From NCBI RefSeq assembly GCF_035084215.1, contig NC_090340.1:4774001-4838000 (forward strand): DNA of 64,000 nucleotides, read 5' to 3'. Numbering within the stretch: the stretch's first letter is position 1; every line of letters begins with the position of its first letter. Shown in pieces: positions 36,620 through 50,009 of this stretch. A program made the translations under genes and the position numbers. The stretch is from Heptranchias perlo (lineage: Eukaryota). Below the pieces are notes generated by a model, which was not told where the DNA came from, made no database searches, and saw nothing but the letters and a program-made list of their open reading frames with translations.

Positions 36620-38170
36620 TAGAATTACATAGATCACATAGAATTTACAGCATAGAAACAGGCCGTTAGACCCCATTAATCTGTCCTGGTGTTTATGCTT
36701 CACACGAGCCTCTTGCCATCCTATTTCATCTCACCCTATCAGCAAATTGTTCTATTCCTTTATCCCTCATGTACTTATCTTGCTTCCCTTAAATGCATCC
36801 ATGCTGTTCGCCTCAACTGCTCTGCGTGGTAGCAAGTTCCACATTCTAATCACACTGGGTAAAGAAGTTTCTCCTGAATTATTTCTTGGATTTATTAGTG
36901 ACTATATAATATTTATGGCCCTTAGTATTGGACTGCCCCGCAAGTGGAAAAATCTTCTCTACGCCTACTCTATCAAACCACTTCATGATTTTGAAGATTT
37001 CTGTTAACAGCACTGTGGGAGAACCTTCACCACACGGACCGCAGCGGTTCAAGAAGGCGGATTACCACCACCGGATCAAGGGCAATGAGGGATGGGCAAT
37101 AAATGCCAGCCTTGCCTGCGACACCCACATCCCATGAACGAACAAAAAAAAGCTCTCACCTCATACTTCTCATTTCTGGAGAAAAGGGCCCCAGCCTAGT
37201 CATTCTTTCCTGGTAGTTATAACCTCTCAGTTCTGGTATCATCCTTGTAAATCTTTTTTGCACCTTTTCGAATGCCTCTATATCCTTTTTGTCGTGTAGT
37301 GGTCAGAACACAGTATGGTCTAACCAACATTCTTTTAATGTTTAACATAACTTCCATGCTTTTAAATTCTATCCGTCTAGAAATGAACCCCAGTGCATAG
37401 TTTGCATTGTTATGGCCTTGTTAACTAACGTTGCTATTTTTTGTGATTTGTGAATGTGTAACCCGAGATCTCTTTTCTCCTGCATCCCATTTGGACTATT
37501 ATTTCCCAAGGAGTATGCGGCCTCCTTATTCCAACTATTAAATCACCTCACACTTAGCTTTACTAAAATTATTTCACTATTTACACGCTCATTCTGAAAG
37601 TTCATTAACGTCTTCTTGGATTTTGTTGCATTCTTCTTTAGTATTAACGATGCCACACAATTTTGTGTCAACCGCCAATTTTAAAATTGTATTTCCGTTT
37701 CTCGAGTTCAAATCGTTTATAAAAACACTGAACAGCAGTGGTCCCAGCACCGATCTCTTTGGAGCACCACTCCCCATCTTCCGTCAGTCTGACTAACTCC
37801 CTTTAACCCCTACTCTCTGTTTTCTGTTAAGTAGCCAGCTCGCTATTAATTTTGTTTCTTGTCCCGACTCCACATGCTCTCTCTTTAGTCATTATTTTTC
37901 CATGTAGTACCTTATCGAAGGCCTTTTAAAAATCCATTTACACTACATCTACTACATTATCCTTGTCTACTCTTTCTGTTACTTCTTCAAAGAATTCAGT
38001 AAGGTTGGTCATGCACGACCTTTCCTTTTGAAATCCATATTGACTATTCTTTATTATATCTTCAGTTTCAAGATATTTTTCAATTGCTTCTTTGAGTAAA
38101 GATTATATTATCTATCCTACCACCGATGAAAAGCCAACTGGTCTATCGTTCCCTGGACTTGTTGTATCGC
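36620..38170 (-). mobile_element. Older CR1 LINE fragment with nested family A tail (about 37005-37150, +)
   Basis: catagaa tail repeats and a minus-strand SVLGPLLF...VDTKL RT remnant. Confidence 0.8.
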
Positions 38171-38199
38171 ATTTTTTTAATGTAGGAACAAAATTAACT

Positions 38200-38590
38200 G
38201 AATAATGAAGCATTCCGAGCCCGCATGCAGCAAGACCTGGACAAGATCCAGGCCTGGGCTTGTAAGTGGCAAGTAACATTCACGCCAGACAAGTGCCAGG
38301 CAATGACCATCTCCAACAAGAGAGAGTCTAACCACCTCCCCTTGACGTTCAACGGCATTACCATTGCTGAATCCCCCACCATCAACATCCTGGGGGTCAG
38401 CATTGACCAGAAATTTAACTGGACCAGCCATACAATACTGTGGCTACAAGAGCAGGTCAGAGGCTGGGTATTCTGCTGCGAGTGATCACATCTTGACTCC
38501 CCAAAGCCTTTCCACCTTCTACAAGGCACAAGTCAGGAGTGTGTTGGAATACTCTCCCCTTGCCTGGATGAGTGCAGCTTCAACAACATG
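38200..38590 (+). mobile_element. LINE family A fragment
   Basis: MQQDLDKIQAWACKWQVTF RT thumb region. Confidence 0.85.
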
Positions 38591-38594
38591 GATT

Positions 38595-40130
38595 GCATCA
38601 TGGGGAACTCAGGGAAGTAAGGATGAAAATTGTAGAGGCTCTGGCCACAATCTTCCAATCCTCCTTAGATATTGCGGCAGTGCCAACGGACTGGAGGATT
38701 TCAAATATTAAACCACGATTCGAAAAAGGAGAGACGGATAAATCCGGCAATTTCAGGCCAGCGAGTCTAACTTCGGTGCGGGTGAAACTTTTAGAGACAG
38801 TAATCCAGCACAAAATTAATTGGTAATTGGAAAACTATGGGATAATAAATGAAAGTCAGCACGGATTTATTAAAGGAAAACCGGGTTTCACTAATTTGAT
38901 TGAGTGCTTTGATGAAGTAATGGAGTAGGTTGATGAGAGTAATGCGGTTGATGTTGATTTTATATGCTTTCAAAAGGCATTTGATATAGTACCATACAAT
39001 AGATTTTTTTAGAAAAATTGAAGTCCATAGGATTAAAGGGACATTGGCAACATGGATACAAAACTGGCTAAAGGACAGGAAGCAAATTGTTGTGGTGAAC
39101 GGTTGTTTTTCTGACTGAAGAGAAGTACACATTTGTGTTCCATCGGGGTCGGTATTAGATTCACTGCCCTTTTTAATATATATTCGTAACATGGACTTGG
39201 GAATACAGGGTATAATTTCAGAGTTTGCAGATGATATGAAACTGGGGATTGTAATAAACAATGTGAAGGATACTAACAGACTTCTGGAAGACATAGACAG
39301 ACTGGTGAAATAGGCACACACGTGACAGATGAAATTGAATGCTGAGAAGTGTGCAGTGATACATTTTTTTGCAGGAAGAATGCGGAGGGACAATATGAAC
39401 TAAATAGTACAATTTTAAAGGGCGTGCAGGAACAGAGAGACCTGTGGGTGGACATATACAAATCTTTGAAGGTGGTACGAAAAATTGAGAATGCTGTTAA
39501 AAAGGCATATGGGTACCTGGGCTTTATTAGTAGTGGCATGGAGTATAAAAGCAAGGAAGTTGTGATAAACTTTTGTCAAGCACTCGTTAGGCCTCAGCTG
39601 GTGTATTGTTTTCAATACTGTGCACCGCAATTTGGGAAGGATCTCAAGTCCTAAGAGGGAATGGAGAACAGATTTAAGAGAACGGCACCAGGGATGAGGG
39701 TCTTTCGTTATGGAGAGAGACTGGACAAGTTAGGGATGTTCTCCTTCGAGCAGAGAAGGTTAAGAGGATATTTGACAGATGTGTTCAAAAACATGAACCG
39801 TTTTGATAGAGAAAATAATGAAAAACTATTTTCATTGGTGGCTGTGTCGGTAACAAGAGTATACATATTTAAGGTGATTGGCAAAAGAGCTAGAGGCAAT
39901 ATGAGGAAATGTTTTTTACGCAGCGAGTTGTTATGATCTGGAATGCACTGCCGGAAAGGATGGTGAAAGCAGATTCAATAGCAACTCCTAAAAGGGAATT
40001 GGATAAATACTTGAAGGGAAAAAAGTTACAAGGCAACGGGGAAAGAGCAGCGGAGTGGTACTAATTAGATAGCACTTTAAAAGAGCAGGCACTGGCACGA
40101 TGCGCCGAATAGCCTCTTTCTGTGCTGGAC
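38595..40130 (+). mobile_element. CR1 LINE RT and 3' end, degenerate
   Basis: GNFRPASLTS, FADD and RPQLVYCFQY motifs with stops. Confidence 0.85.
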
Positions 40131-40134
40131 CTAA

Positions 40135-41463
40135 TATCAGTCTACTCTCAATCATCAGCAAAGTGATGAAGGTGTCGTCGACAGTGCTATCAAGCGGCAC
40201 TTACTCACCAATAACCTGCTCACCGATGCTCAGTTTGGGTTCCGCCAGGACCACTCGGCTCCAGACCTCATTACAGCCATGGTCCAAACATGGACAAAAG
40301 AGCTGAATTCCAGAGGTGAGGTGAGAGTGATTGCCCTTGATATGAAGGCAGCATTTGACCCAGTGTGGCACCAAGGAGCCCGAGTAAAATTGCAATCAAT
40401 GGGAATCAGGGGGAAAACTCTCCAGTGGCTGAAGTCATACTTGGCACAAAGGAAGATAGTAGTGGTTGTTGAAGGCCAATCATCTGAGACCCAGGACATT
40501 GTTGCAGGAGTTCCGCAGGGCAGTGTCCTTCCCTCTATCATAAGGTCAGAAATGGTAACGTTCGCTGATGGTTGCACAGTTTTCAGTTCCATTCGCAACC
40601 CCTCAAATAATGAAGCAGTCCGAGCCCACATGCAGCAAGACCTGGGCTACATCCAGGCTTGGGCTCATAAGTGGCAAGTAACATTCGCACCAGACAAGTA
40701 CCAGGCGATCACCATCTCCAACAAGAGATAGTCCAACCACCTCCCCTTGACATTCAACGGCATTACCATCGCCGAATCCCCCACAATCCACATCTTGGGG
40801 GTCACCATTAACCAGAAACTTAACTGGACCAGCCATATAAATACTGTGGCTATAAGAACAGGTCAGAAGCTGGGTATTCTGCGGCGAATGACTCACCTAC
40901 TGACTCCCCAAATCCTTTGCACCATCTACAAGGCACAAGTCAGGACTCTAATGGAATACTCTCCACTTGCCTGGAAGAGTGCAGCTCCAACAATACTCAA
41001 GAAGCTCGACACCATCCAGAACAAAGCAGCCCGCTTGATTGGCACCCCATCCACGACTAAACATTCACTCCCTTCACCACCGGCGCAAAGTGGCTGCAGT
41101 GTGTACCATCCACAGGATTCATTGCAGCAACTCGCCAAGGCTTCTTCGACAAAACCTCCCAAACCCAGGAGCTTTACCACCCAGAACGACAGGAACAGCA
41201 GGTACGTGGGAACAACACCAACTGCACGTTCCCCTCCAAGTCACACACCATCCCGACTTGGAAATATATCGCCGATCCTTCATCATCGCTGTGGCAAAAT
41301 CTTGGAACTCCCTACCTAACAGCACTGTTGGAGAACCTTCACCACACGGACTGCAGCGGTTCAAGAAGGCGGCTCAACGCCACCTTCTCAAAGGCAATTT
41401 GTGATGGGCAATACATGCTGGCCTCGCCAGCGACGCCAACATCCCACGAACGAATAAAAAAAA
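40135..41463 (+). mobile_element. LINE family A 3' fragment
   Basis: RT ORFs 40279-40731 and 40747-41319 plus family A tail. Confidence 0.9.
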
Positions 41464-41741
41464 TACTACCACACTATGTTTGCGTCTCAACCATCAGTTC
41501 CTTTATCTGTCCAGCATATTGTCGTGGAACAGTCGGAAGACAACTTTCAGAAGTTATATTTAAAGAGATATTCAGCTCCATTAAGGTGAACCTTTGGTTA
41601 GCTGGTTTAGGCTGCGCGGATGTTGTTAGTTTGAGCTGTTTTTTGATACTGTTTCGCTGTTAAAACTTATGGAGGAACGAGTTTGCCAAAGGTTACCATC
41701 GTTTCACTGATTTTTCTAGTTCCCAATTACTGAACATGTGA

Positions 41742-42310
41742 ATGCTGCTGGGCGGACCATTGAGCCTCACAAATGAGGAAAAGGAGGAGCAGCAAGGAAC
41801 GCAACAAGGACCTGAACAGGCTGGTAGAAGAGGGCGAAGGAGGCAAGATCTTACAGCATGCGGGTCTTCAGGAACCGATCCTCATACCTGGACCTCACAG
41901 AGGAACAGATTGTATGGCGGCTGTGTTTCAACAGGGAGAAAGTCACTTAAATGTGCCACCTGTTGCAGTGAGAATTGGAACAGAGCACCAGGGTCGGCAA
42001 CGTATTCCCTGTGGCAGTGAAAGTCACTCTCGCTCCAAACTTTGAGGCTTCTGGCTCCTTCTAAACTGCTTCTGGAATCATCAACAACATCAATCAGTTT
42101 GTTGTGCAGATCGCCATCCTACAGGGCACTGTTGCACTGATATCTACGAGGCGTCAGCAGTTGGTCACCTTCCCCATGGAAATTGACAAGCAGGAAGAAA
42201 GAATACCCGCATTGCTGGATTTCCGCAGGAGCAGGACATCATAGACTGCACGTACACAGCCCTGCTTACTCCCCATCATGAAGCAGCTCTGTTTATGAAC
42301 AGGAAGTACA
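41742..42310 (+). mobile_element. PIF/Harbinger transposase (HARBI1-like DDE) remnant
   Basis: Manual translation: RVFRNRSSYLDLTEEQ..RL.F...PVAVKVT.A.NF.ASGSF* and IAGFPQ..DIIDCT....NRK, with stops. Confidence 0.8.
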
Positions 42311-42474
42311 GTAAGACCCGCGATGGGTCTCAGACATGCTCAGTCGCATGGACAATGCCACTCTCTGGAGAGGTTAATGTGGCTCAGAAGAGTGAGAACA
42401 TACACTGCAAGACTACTGATTTGAACTTTTTTCATCGAAGCACATGCTCTGTGGAGAAACCAACATTTTACTTA

Positions 42475-45400
42475 AACAGAAACATAGCAAAATATAGAAA
42501 ATAGGAGCAGGAGTAGGCCATTCGGCCCTTCGAGCCTGCCCCGCCATTCAATATGATCATGCCTCTATCTCAATACAATATTCCCGCTCTCGCCCCATAC
42601 CCCTTGATGCCATTGTGTCTAGAATCTATCTAGCTCCATCTTAAATATATTCAGTGACTTGGACCCTACAGCCTTCCGTGGTGGAGAATTCCACAGGTTC
42701 ACCACCCTCTGAGTGAAGCATTTTCTCCTCAACTCAATCCTAAATGGCCTACCCCGTATCCTGAGACTGTGACACCCTCGGTCTGGACATCCCAGCCAGG
42801 GGAAACATTCTCCCCGCATCGAGGCAATCTAGCTCTGTCAGAATTTTATATGATTCAATGAGACCCCCTCTCAATCTTCTAAACGCGAGTGAATACAGGC
42901 CTGTCGGCCCAATCTCTCCTCATACGATAGTCCTACCATCCCAGTATTCAGTCTGGTGAACCTACGCTGCACTCCCTCTATGGCAAATGTATCCTTTCTT
43001 AGGTAGGAGACCAAAATTGCACACAATACTCCAGGTGTGGTCCCACCAAGGCCCTGTATAACTGCAGTAAGACGTCCTTGTTCCTGTACTCAAATCCTCT
43101 TGCAACGAAGGCCAACATACCATTTGTCTTCCTAACTGCTATCTGCACCTGAATATCTGCTTGTGTACAAGGACACCCAGGTCCCTTTGCACATTAACAT
43201 TTCCCAATCTATCACCATTTAAATAATAGTCTGCCTTTCTGTTTTTCCTTCCATAGTGAATAACTTCACATTTATCCACATTATACTGCATCTTCCATGT
43301 ATTTGGTCGCAAACTCAACTTGTCTAAATTTCCTTGAAGCATCTTGACATCCTCCTCAAAACTCAAGATACCACCTATTTTTGTCGTCAGCAAACTTGGA
43401 AGTATTACATTTGGTTCACTCGTCCAAATCATTGAAATATGTTGTGAATAAGTGGGACCCAAGTACTGATTCCTGCGGTACCGCAATAGTCACTGCCTGA
43501 CACCCCGAAAAAGACCCATTTATTCCTACTCTCTGTTTCCTGTCTGTTAACCAATTTTCAATCCGTGCCAGTATATTACCACCAATCCTATTTATTTTAA
43601 TTTTGCACAATAACCTCTTGTGGGACTTTATCAAAGGCCTTCTCAAAATCCAAATACACCACATCCACTGGTTCTCCCTTATTCTACCAGTTACATCCAC
43701 AAAAAAATCCACAAGGTTTGTCAAACACGATTTCTCTTTCCTTAACTCATGTTTACATAAGAACATAAGAAATAGGAGCAGGAGTCGGCCAATCGGCCGC
43801 TCGAGCCTGCTCCGCCATTCAATAAGTTCATGGCTGATCTGATCCTAACCTCAAATTTAAATTCATGTCCAATTTCCTGCCCGTTCCCCATAACCCCTAA
43901 TTCTCTTTACTTCTAGGAAACTGTCTATTTCTGTTTTAAATTTATTTAATGATGGAGCGTCCACAGCTTCCTGGGGCAGCAAATTCCACAGACCTACTAC
44001 TCTCTGAGTGAAGAAGTTTCTCCTCATCTCAGTTTTGAAATGGCAGCCCCTTATTCTAAGATTATGCCCCTAGTTCTAGTTTCACCCATCCTTGGGAACA
44101 TCCTCACCGCATCCACCCGATTAAGCCGCTTCACAATATTATGTGTTTCAATAAGATCGCCTCTCATTCTTCTGAACTCCAATGAGTAGAGTTCCAATAT
44201 ACTCAACCTCTCCTCATATGTCCACCCCCTCATCCCCGGGATTAACCGAGTGAACCTTCTTTGTACTGCCTCGAGAGCAAGTATGTCTTTTCTTAAGTAA
44301 GGACACCAAAACTGTATGCAGTATTCCAGGTGCGGTCACATCAATACCTTATATAACTGCAGCAATACCTCCCTGTTTTTATATTCTATCCCCCTAGCAA
44401 TAAAAGCCAACTTTCCGTTGGACTTCTTGATCACCTGCTGCACCTGCATACTAACTTTTTGATTTTCTTGCACTAGAACCCCCAGATCCCTTTGTACTGC
44501 AGTACTTTCCAGTTTCTCGCCATTAAGATAATAACTTGCTCTCTGATTTTTCCTGCCAAAGTGCACAACCTCACATTTTCGAATATTGTATTGCATCTGC
44601 CAAATCTCCGCCCACTCACCCAACCTGTCTATATCCCCTTGTAGGTTTTTTATGTCCTCCTCACTCTCTATATTCCCTCCCATCTCAGTATCATCTGCAA
44701 ACTTTGATACGTTACACTCGGTCCACTCCTCCAAATCGTTAATATAGATTGTAAAGAGTTGGGGACCCAGCACGGACCCCTGCGGAACACCACTGGCTAC
44801 TGGTTGCCAGTCCGAGAATGAACCATTTATCCCAACTCTCTGCTTCTGTCAGACAACCAATCCTCCACCCATGCCAGAATATTACCCCCAATCCAGTGAT
44901 TCTTTATCTTGAGCAATAATCTTTTGTGTGGCACCTTGCCGAATGCCTTCTGGAAGTCTAAATACACTACGTCCACTGGTTCCCCTTTATCCACCCTGTA
45001 CATTATGTCCTCAAAGAACTCAAGAAAATTTGTCAGACATGACTTCCCCTTCATAAAACCATGCTGACTTTGTCCTATTATATTATGTTTATCCAAATGT
45101 TCCGCGACTGTCTCCTTAATAATGGACTCCAAAATTTTACCCACCACAGATGTTAGGCTAACTGGTCTATAACTTCCAGCCTTCTGCCTACTACCCTTTT
45201 TTAAAATAAGGGTGCTACATTAGCAGTTTTCCAATCTGCCGGGACCTTTGCCGAGTCCAGAGAATTTTGGAAAATTATTACCAAAGCATCCACAATCCCT
45301 ACTGCCACTTCCCTCAAGACCCTAGGATGTAAGCCATCAGGTCTAGGGGATTTATCCGCCTTGAGTCCCATTAATTTACTGAGTACCAATTCCTTAGTGA

Positions 45401-45850
45401 TTTTAATCGTATTAAGCTCCTCCCCCCCTCCGAGAGCCCCCTGTTTGTCCAGTGTAAAGAGTGAAACAAAATATTTGTTCAGCATTTTTGCCATCTCCAT
45501 GTTTCCCATCATTAATTTCCCGGTCTCATCCCCTAAGGGACCTAAGTTTGCCTTAGCCACCCTTTTTCATTTATATAACTATAGAAACTCTCGCTATCTA
45601 CATTTTCTAAGTGTCCTGTTATCACATCCTTTATAATAGACTGCAGCATTTTCCCTACGACTGATGTTAGACTAACCGGTCTGTACTTCCCTGTTTTCTT
45701 CCTCCCTCCTTTTTTAAATAGTTGGGTTTCATTTGCCACCCACCAATCTGCAGGAACTGTTCCATAATCTATAGAATTTTGGAAGATGACAAAAAATGCA
45801 TCCACCATTTCCATGGCTACCTCTTTTAGTACTCTGAAATGCAGATCCAA
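42475..45850 (-). mobile_element. Two nested CR1 LINEs (HER1-like 42475-43755 and 45600-45850; second element 43755-45600)
   Basis: Two separate 3' tails (42475 and 43755) and overlapping RT segments. Confidence 0.85.
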
Positions 45851-45899
45851 CAGAGTACAAATTAATGAAACCTATCAGAGAGCTTGAAATTAAAATAAA

Positions 45900-47716
45900 G
45901 AGGGATATAGAACTTGGAATTCCAAAATTCAGGGTTGGGTTCCCTTCAGCGAAAACTGAATTTGATACATTTGAGGCCCAGGGAGCAATGGATAACGGTA
46001 AAACGAGAGCTGCAAGACTTTATTTTTAAATGCAAGGGATGGTTTCTTGATAATATGGTAGTATTTGGGGGGACCGTAGGTTTCACTGTGGATTTTGGTA
46101 TTTTCTTTGTCTGTATCATGATGTGTAATTTTAACCGAATGAAAGTTGGACCAGCAGAGCAACTGGCTCTCGATAGCTCTGTGATGCCAACAAGATGAGG
46201 TGTGGATCTCAGGCATTAACCCAAGATCCAACAAAGAGGGGGGGGGGGGGGCTGTTAGAGTCTAAGATTGAGAAGTAGTAAGGGAAACCATTTTCTTGGA
46301 TTATTTCTGTTGCTTAAAAACATCATATTGAAAGACTGACAGTGTATTGTAAGTGGAAGCAACTTAATCTAAATTTCCAAAGGTAGCTAGTGAGATTATG
46401 AAGTTATATTTTGCGCCTTTCACCAAAAGGATATTATATTTCCAGCTTGAGGAAAAGTACAATTGAAAAATAAAAAGCACCGGACAAAATGAAGGTAGAA
46501 AATCTCCACCCGGTCCGGAAGTGAACAGCGGCGTCGCTGCAGAGCAGGAATGGGAGCGAAAACTGCCATTGCTCTGCTGTCGTGTTCTCACCGACCAGCA
46601 GCAGCGTCATTGATGAGTCTGAACTGCTCACCACGAGCAGACAGCATCTGAGAATAATAAGGAAATAGGTCAGCAGGTGATAGAGAGAATAATTGGAATG
46701 CGACAGATATGAACGATCAGAGAACACACGATTGACAACACACGATGGACAACAAATGAGCGAGGTACATTAATATGATTCGACGGAGGAGGTGGGTAAT
46801 GTCCCAAAACACGGAGAGCTATGCTCAAACAGGTTGTTAAATTCTAGCAACCCCAAAGAGCTGCAGTTATTGTGATTGATAAGGAGGGTTGTGCGCATCT
46901 TGGTGACCACAATTGCTGCTGCTAACCTATGGTTTGAACTGTTAGTGTGTTATCTCTAAACTGTAGTCCCCTTAGATCAAATGGTCACTTAGTTTGCACG
47001 AAAACTGTTTTCAGCTCGGCACATATACTTTCGGGTCTTTCTCCACTAATCGCCATTGAGTCGCTCACGCACAAGCCCCATTAGACCTTGTAGCCACAGC
47101 ACAAAGGCGGCTAAAGGAAAACGTTCGATCAGCTTAAAGCGGTGTTTCAATAAACAGGGCAGGAAAACTACAAAACGGATGAGACAAATCAATTGGAAAC
47201 ATGTAAAATGGACAGTCGGATGTCCACTGTCTGCAGGAGTTCGTAAAACAGCGTATCGGCACAGTGTCCTTTCACCTTTGGGAACTTAGTTCAGATTCAG
47301 CCCCTCGTGTTGATGTGATGCCCTTTTCTGCTGACTGTAAACATTTTCATCGAGATGAATTTTCGCATTCATATCCAGTAATCAGTGGTTGTGAGTCCCT
47401 GATTCAGTTGGGAGGTGGTGAACTTCCCACAGCATGGCCCAGGCGGGGGAGGGTCTGGGGCGAAAAGTGAAGGAAATGTTGGAAAAGGAGTGCGAGAGCT
47501 CTCAATGGATGAATCGTTGCGTGACAAATGAGACAAAATTAAACGTTAAAAGGTAATAAGAGAACAAAAAAGAACCAGAGCGGATTCAAATAAGGAACCG
47601 TATCACTGGATACAAATTATGAGTTTATTGATAAATCGGATAGAAGTACTGCTCAGGACCGGCTGTGAAACTCCAGGTCCCTCAATAAAACTGCTCTACT
47701 TATTGGAAGAGTAACA
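45900..47716 (+). mobile_element. Possible LTR-retroelement/ERV 3' remnant (env C-terminus, PPT, LTR)
   Basis: ORF 45914-46198 with a hydrophobic C-terminal segment; polypurine tract 46233-46251 followed by TGTTA at 46253; candidate end TAACA at 47716 after AATAAA at 47684. Confidence 0.4.
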
Positions 47717-47891
47717 GGAAGCATCAATCAGGACCTCCTGGGGGACGTGAACCCACGGGCCGTTAATGATTGGGGGCCCGTAACTGGAGTGTGTGGAGTG
47801 CAGATTTCAGTCTAAAGGGCGGCCTGACTTCTCAGTCTCGGTGGTTTCCTTCTTCGGTGCCAGCGATTATCCGAAATAAGAAATGAATGTC

Positions 47892-48013
47892 TTAGCTTAA
47901 AAAGGGTACTGATTTGAAACGGTCCACAATGTGGGTAGGTCCCATTAGATTGAGCATTAACCCCACCAGGAAATGGCACAGCCTGATGGTTTGGAATCGG
48001 TCAGTAGACTGTG
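47892..48013 (-). pseudogene. Orphan terminal TM exon of an activating-type Ig receptor, copy B
   Basis: cttctgttgctttccag| acceptor, phase 1; (A)QSTDRFQTIRLCHFLVGLMLNLMGPTHIVDRFKSVPFLS*; 21/40 aa identical to 6840-6961. Confidence 0.55.
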
Positions 48014-48487
48014 CTGGAAAGCAACAGAAGGGCAGTTTAAATGAGTTTAGTAAGAAACGGCAGAGCGAGAGATAGAGAGAGAGAGCTAACTGAAGGCAGT
48101 GAGTACCTTGGGTACAAGGATTAAACATTTCAGGGTTTATTTCAGCGGAGCTGTATTTACTTAAACCGCAGTGAGATTAGATCACAGTCATGTACCGAAC
48201 GCTGAAACTCATGTCCAAATAAACAGCTTTAGTGTCCGCAGCCCCGTGATCTCTCGCGTCTTCTCAAAGAACAACCCCCCAACTCCGCCCCACCAGCCCC
48301 ACTGCAGATTGCACACTCAGTTTGGCAATCAGCTGTCAACTACTCTTCGCCACATCAAACCACTGACATCACTTCCCGTCTTCCTGCTTTATATTCGGTC
48401 TGAATCGTTCCAGTTTATTAAAGGTTAACGATTTTACTGTGTCCTGAATGTGGGGACTGACTACCTCCTCAGCTGCTCACATCGTCT

Positions 48488-48630
48488 GACGGTGTAAAAT
48501 GGTTGATAGCGAATTGGCCGCCCGTTTTACATTGACTTCAATGGAAATAAAAAATGGGGAGAGATGTAAAAAGGGCTGCCGATTCGATATCAGCCGTTTT
48601 AGACTGTCGCTCAAATTTAAATTTACCCCA
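48488..48630. mobile_element. Palindromic MITE-like element
   Basis: 44-bp imperfect inverted arms at 48488-48531 and 48565-48608. Confidence 0.6.
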
Positions 48631-48959
48631 TACATTCTGTAGTTTTAAAACTAATACTTTACATTATTACTAATCCATTTTCAACTGTGTTACACAATGG
48701 ACATTAAATTCGAGCAGGTTCCTGAAGCGTTGGGCGGCCACACCGCCACTTTACCGTCCATGGGAGGGAGTTGAAAATCTACCACTGACAGTGTGAACCA
48801 AATGGAGTCTTCAGGTGGTGAATTAATAGGGCGAGCCGATGGAGGACAGTGATGATGGCAGTAAAGGGGCCAGAGGTAGAAGGCAGAACATGGAATTCAG
48901 TCGGATTAAAGATCCGTGGGAACGCAAAGGAAGCGTTAGATGCGAGATGGAGAGGGAAG

Positions 48960-49250
48960 GTAGGGACGGGTTTGATCCTGGGGAAAAGCAGGAAAAGGAA
49001 AAGGGGAGATGAGGAAGGGTGGAAAGACTTGAGGGGGTTAAGCAGGTAGGAAGAAAAGGATGATAAATAAAGGGAGAGGGGGGAGTGAAGGCGGACAAGA
49101 ACGGGAAGGAACGTGGGAGGAGGGGGAGGCGAAAGATGACAGGAGCGGGAGGGGGAAGGGGAGCAGATTGAAGAGGAGAGGTTGAAAGAGGGATGGACTG
49201 GATGGTGAAAGGGAGGTGGAGTGGACACAAAGGGAGGCGAGGACAATGAG
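48960..49250. repeat. Purine-rich (GA) low-complexity tract
   Basis: Composition visible in the sequence. Confidence 0.7.
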
Positions 49251-50009
49251 TAGCCCAAACACCAGAGAGCCATCTTGGGGCCACGAGTGCCAGGGAGCAC
49301 GGAACCAGACAGAAATGGGACGGCGGGACAGCGAAATAACTGCAGGGAATTAGCAGTGGCGACGTGACAGAGAGACTTGCGTGCACAGCGAGCAGATGGA
49401 TCTTGGAGAGGCTGACAATGATAGTGAGTTGTGAGGGTGGGTTGGGAGAGTAGACGAAAAAGAGAAGATAATATCTGTTGTCACAGCAGTTTTTCTGTGC
49501 TCTTTGTTTTTATATAATTTATTGCAGTTTAAGGGAAACAGACTGCATCTGGGATTGGGGCTGCTTAATTGCATCGGGCAGCCGAGGGTCTTGATCTCAG
49601 AGGCTGATGGACCCGCGAATCAGTGTCAGTCAAGACAAGCACTTAAGGGAAGTGAAGAAAGGGGAGTGGATTGAGGCATTAGCCGCGACCGGCGATGGCA
49701 CTGCCGACTGGAGTTGCAAGCGGACAGGTCGACCAGTGGGAATGGGCTACGTGCTACAGGCCCATGGCAGTGGGGAGCTGTGCATGCCCAGCATTGTGAA
49801 TTGTTGGAGATATGGTCAGGTGCTTATACGAAGAGTGAACTTAAAGGAACATTGTTATATGGACTTTGTGCCCTGGCTCAAGATATGACAAAGAGAAGCA
49901 GCAGAGGGATTGTGAGCGGCTGGAAGTTGGGCCCACCAAGAAAGACTGCAAATAAGCTTCGAGTAAAAATATTAAGGTGATGATTATGAGTTGGTTACGT
50001 TTATACAGT

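Noticed and set aside
46592-46647. 56-nt minus-strand exon-like segment with good AG/GT sites
   Set aside because: No recognisable peptide, no paralog in the window, and it lies inside the putative LTR.
48779-49386. Pro/Ser/Leu-rich minus-strand ORFs
   Set aside because: Products of a pyrimidine-rich low-complexity tract that is open in several frames.
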